A DNA stretch of 64,000 nt from Octopus sinensis (taxonomy: Eukaryota): NCBI RefSeq assembly GCF_006345805.1, contig NC_043007.1:22568001-22632000 (forward strand), written 5' to 3'. A program made the translations under genes and the position numbers. This document shows positions 62,487-64,000 of the stretch, in pieces. Numbering within the stretch: the first letter of the stretch is position 1; each line of letters opens with the position of its first letter. Under the pieces are notes generated by a model. The model had not been told where the DNA came from. It worked only from the letters and a program-made list of their open reading frames with translations, and ran no database searches.

Positions 62487-63322
62487 GCGAAGAATCGGCA
62501 GCCAACAGAATATGCAAAGACGAGGCGAGGCGAGGCTGAAATAGTAAACAGAGTGGCGTCTAGGGGATCAAAATAATAATTATAAATAATAATAATAAAT
62601 AGAAATACGGGATAATTAAAGTTCAAGGATTTCTTATCTTGGGATCACTTCGTTTACGGACAGTCTTGGCAAAAGGAATTCGGAATCAAGAATGAGGCAG
62701 CTTACTAGCTTAAGTATGCATAGGAGTCCAGACAGACAATGTAAAAAGAGGGGGAGAGAAGGGCGCGAAGAATCGGCAGCCAATTTCTATCAGCCCTGTA
62801 AGGGAGAATAGATCTTAAATATTTATAACGATAACTAGTGAATTATACAGAATATGCAAAAACGAGGCGAGGCGAGGCTGAAATAGTAAACAGAGTGGCG
62901 TCTAGGGGGATCAGAATAATAATAATTAATAAATAATAATAATAAATAGAAATACGGGATGAATTAAAGTTCAAGGATTCTTATCTTGGGATCACTTCGT
63001 TTACGGACAGTCCTTGGCAAAAGGATTCGGAATCAAGAATGAGGCAGCTTACTAGCTTAAGTATGCATAGGAGTCCAGACAGACAATGTAAAAAGAGGGG
63101 GAGAGAAGGGCGCGAAGAATCGGCAGCCAATTTCTATCAGCCCTGTAAGGGAGAATAGATCTTAAAATTTTATAACGATAACTAGTGAATTATACAGAAT
63201 ATGCAAAAACGAGGCGAGGCGAGGCTGAAATAGTAAACAGAGTGGCGTCTAGGGGATCAGAATAATAATAATTAATAAATAATAATAATAAATAGAAATA
63301 CGGGATGAATTAAAGTTCAAGG

Positions 63323-63328
<6 letters not shown>
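62487..63328. repeat. Tandem array of ~347-bp units (~2.5 copies)
   Basis: GCGAAGAATCGGCAGCCAA at 62487, 62765 and 63112. First unit lacks ~70 bp; third is cut by (TA)n. Confidence 0.9.
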
Positions 63329-63385
<57 letters not shown>

Positions 63386-63441
63386 TATATATACAGAGAG
63401 AGAGAGAGGAAAAGAGAGAATTAAATAGGTTAAACATTTAC

Positions 63442-63463
63442 CAACTGAGATGTTTTCATATCC
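63442..63463 (-). CDS. Gene 3 microexon, 22 nt, phase 0-1: GYENISV
   Basis: TTTTTCTTCTTTTTTCAG acceptor and GTAAAT donor. Joins in frame to the 684-nt exon and encodes a YxN motif. Confidence 0.7.
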
Positions 63464-63640
63464 CTGAAAAAAGAAGAAAAATCATAATTAGAAGAGAACC
63501 TTCATTTACAATAATTGTCATTAATATAGTCAAGATATAGGGTAGAGTATGAAAGAGTATATATATATATATATATATAATGCATGCAGAAATTATATAT
63601 ATATATGTATAGAAATATGTGTATAGTATACATGGAGATG

Positions 63641-63899
63641 GGAGGTGCAATGGCCCAGTGGTTAGGGCAGCGGACTCGCATTCGGAGGATCGCGGTTTCG
63701 ATTCCCAGACCGAGCGTTTATTGAGCGAAAAACACTTAAAGCTCCACGAGTCTCCGGCAGGAGGTGGTGGCGACCCCTGTTGTACTCTTCGGCCCCAACT
63801 TTCTCTCACTCTTTCTTTCTGTTTCTTGAGTAATGCTGCGATGGACTGGCGTCCCGTCCAGCTGGTGGAGGAGGGGAACACATACGCCACAGAAACCGT
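63641..63899 (+). mobile_element. SINE family A reference copy
   Basis: GAGGTGCAATGGCCCAGTGGTTAGGGCAGCGG (A box), GGTTTCGATTCCC (B box) and tail GATGGACTGGCGTCCCGTCCAG...CACAGAAACCG. Confidence 0.8.
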
Positions 63900-64000
63900 T
63901 TCAGTCATTTGACTGTGGCCATACTGGAGCACTGCCTTTAGCTGAGCAAATCGACCCCAGGACTTATTTTTTGTAAGCCGAGTACTTATTCTATCATCCC

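Noticed and set aside
63641-63715. tRNA gene (also at other SINE heads)
   Set aside because: A and B boxes are present, but no complete cloverleaf is evident and the sequence runs straight into a multi-copy SINE body.

Overview
AT-rich, repeat-dense animal genomic DNA, most likely a coleoid cephalopod such as Octopus. That assignment is inferred from the repeat landscape and zinc-finger style, not from a database match. Three genes are supported. (1) The first coding exon of a prostaglandin reductase 1 (PTGR1)-like gene at 599-707 (-), leaving the window leftwards. (2) A very large C2H2 zinc-finger gene on + with one ~10.3 kb coding exon (24415-34740, ~3,440 aa, 32 fingers). It is built around ten dispersed copies of one two-finger module with near-invariant recognition helices. 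(3) The 3' part of an unidentified Tyr/Pro-motif-rich, docking-protein-like gene on -, reconstructed by hand as 8 phase-compatible exons (63463 to 45141), six of them internal exons of 22-65 nt. The rest is tRNA-derived SINEs, RTE and CR1 LINE 3' ends, mariner remnants, hAT, piggyBac, Tc1/pogo and Merlin-like MITEs, long (TA)n fields and two tandem arrays at 61.3-63.3 kb. The most interesting signals are the repeated fixed-specificity finger pair, the microexon chain, a SINE that appears to insert at GGTA sites including its own head to form identical dimers, and an RTE 3' UTR whose VNTR is remodelled between copies. No CRISPR, rRNA or true tRNA genes were seen. All coordinates were read by eye, and family names need Dfam/Repbase confirmation.
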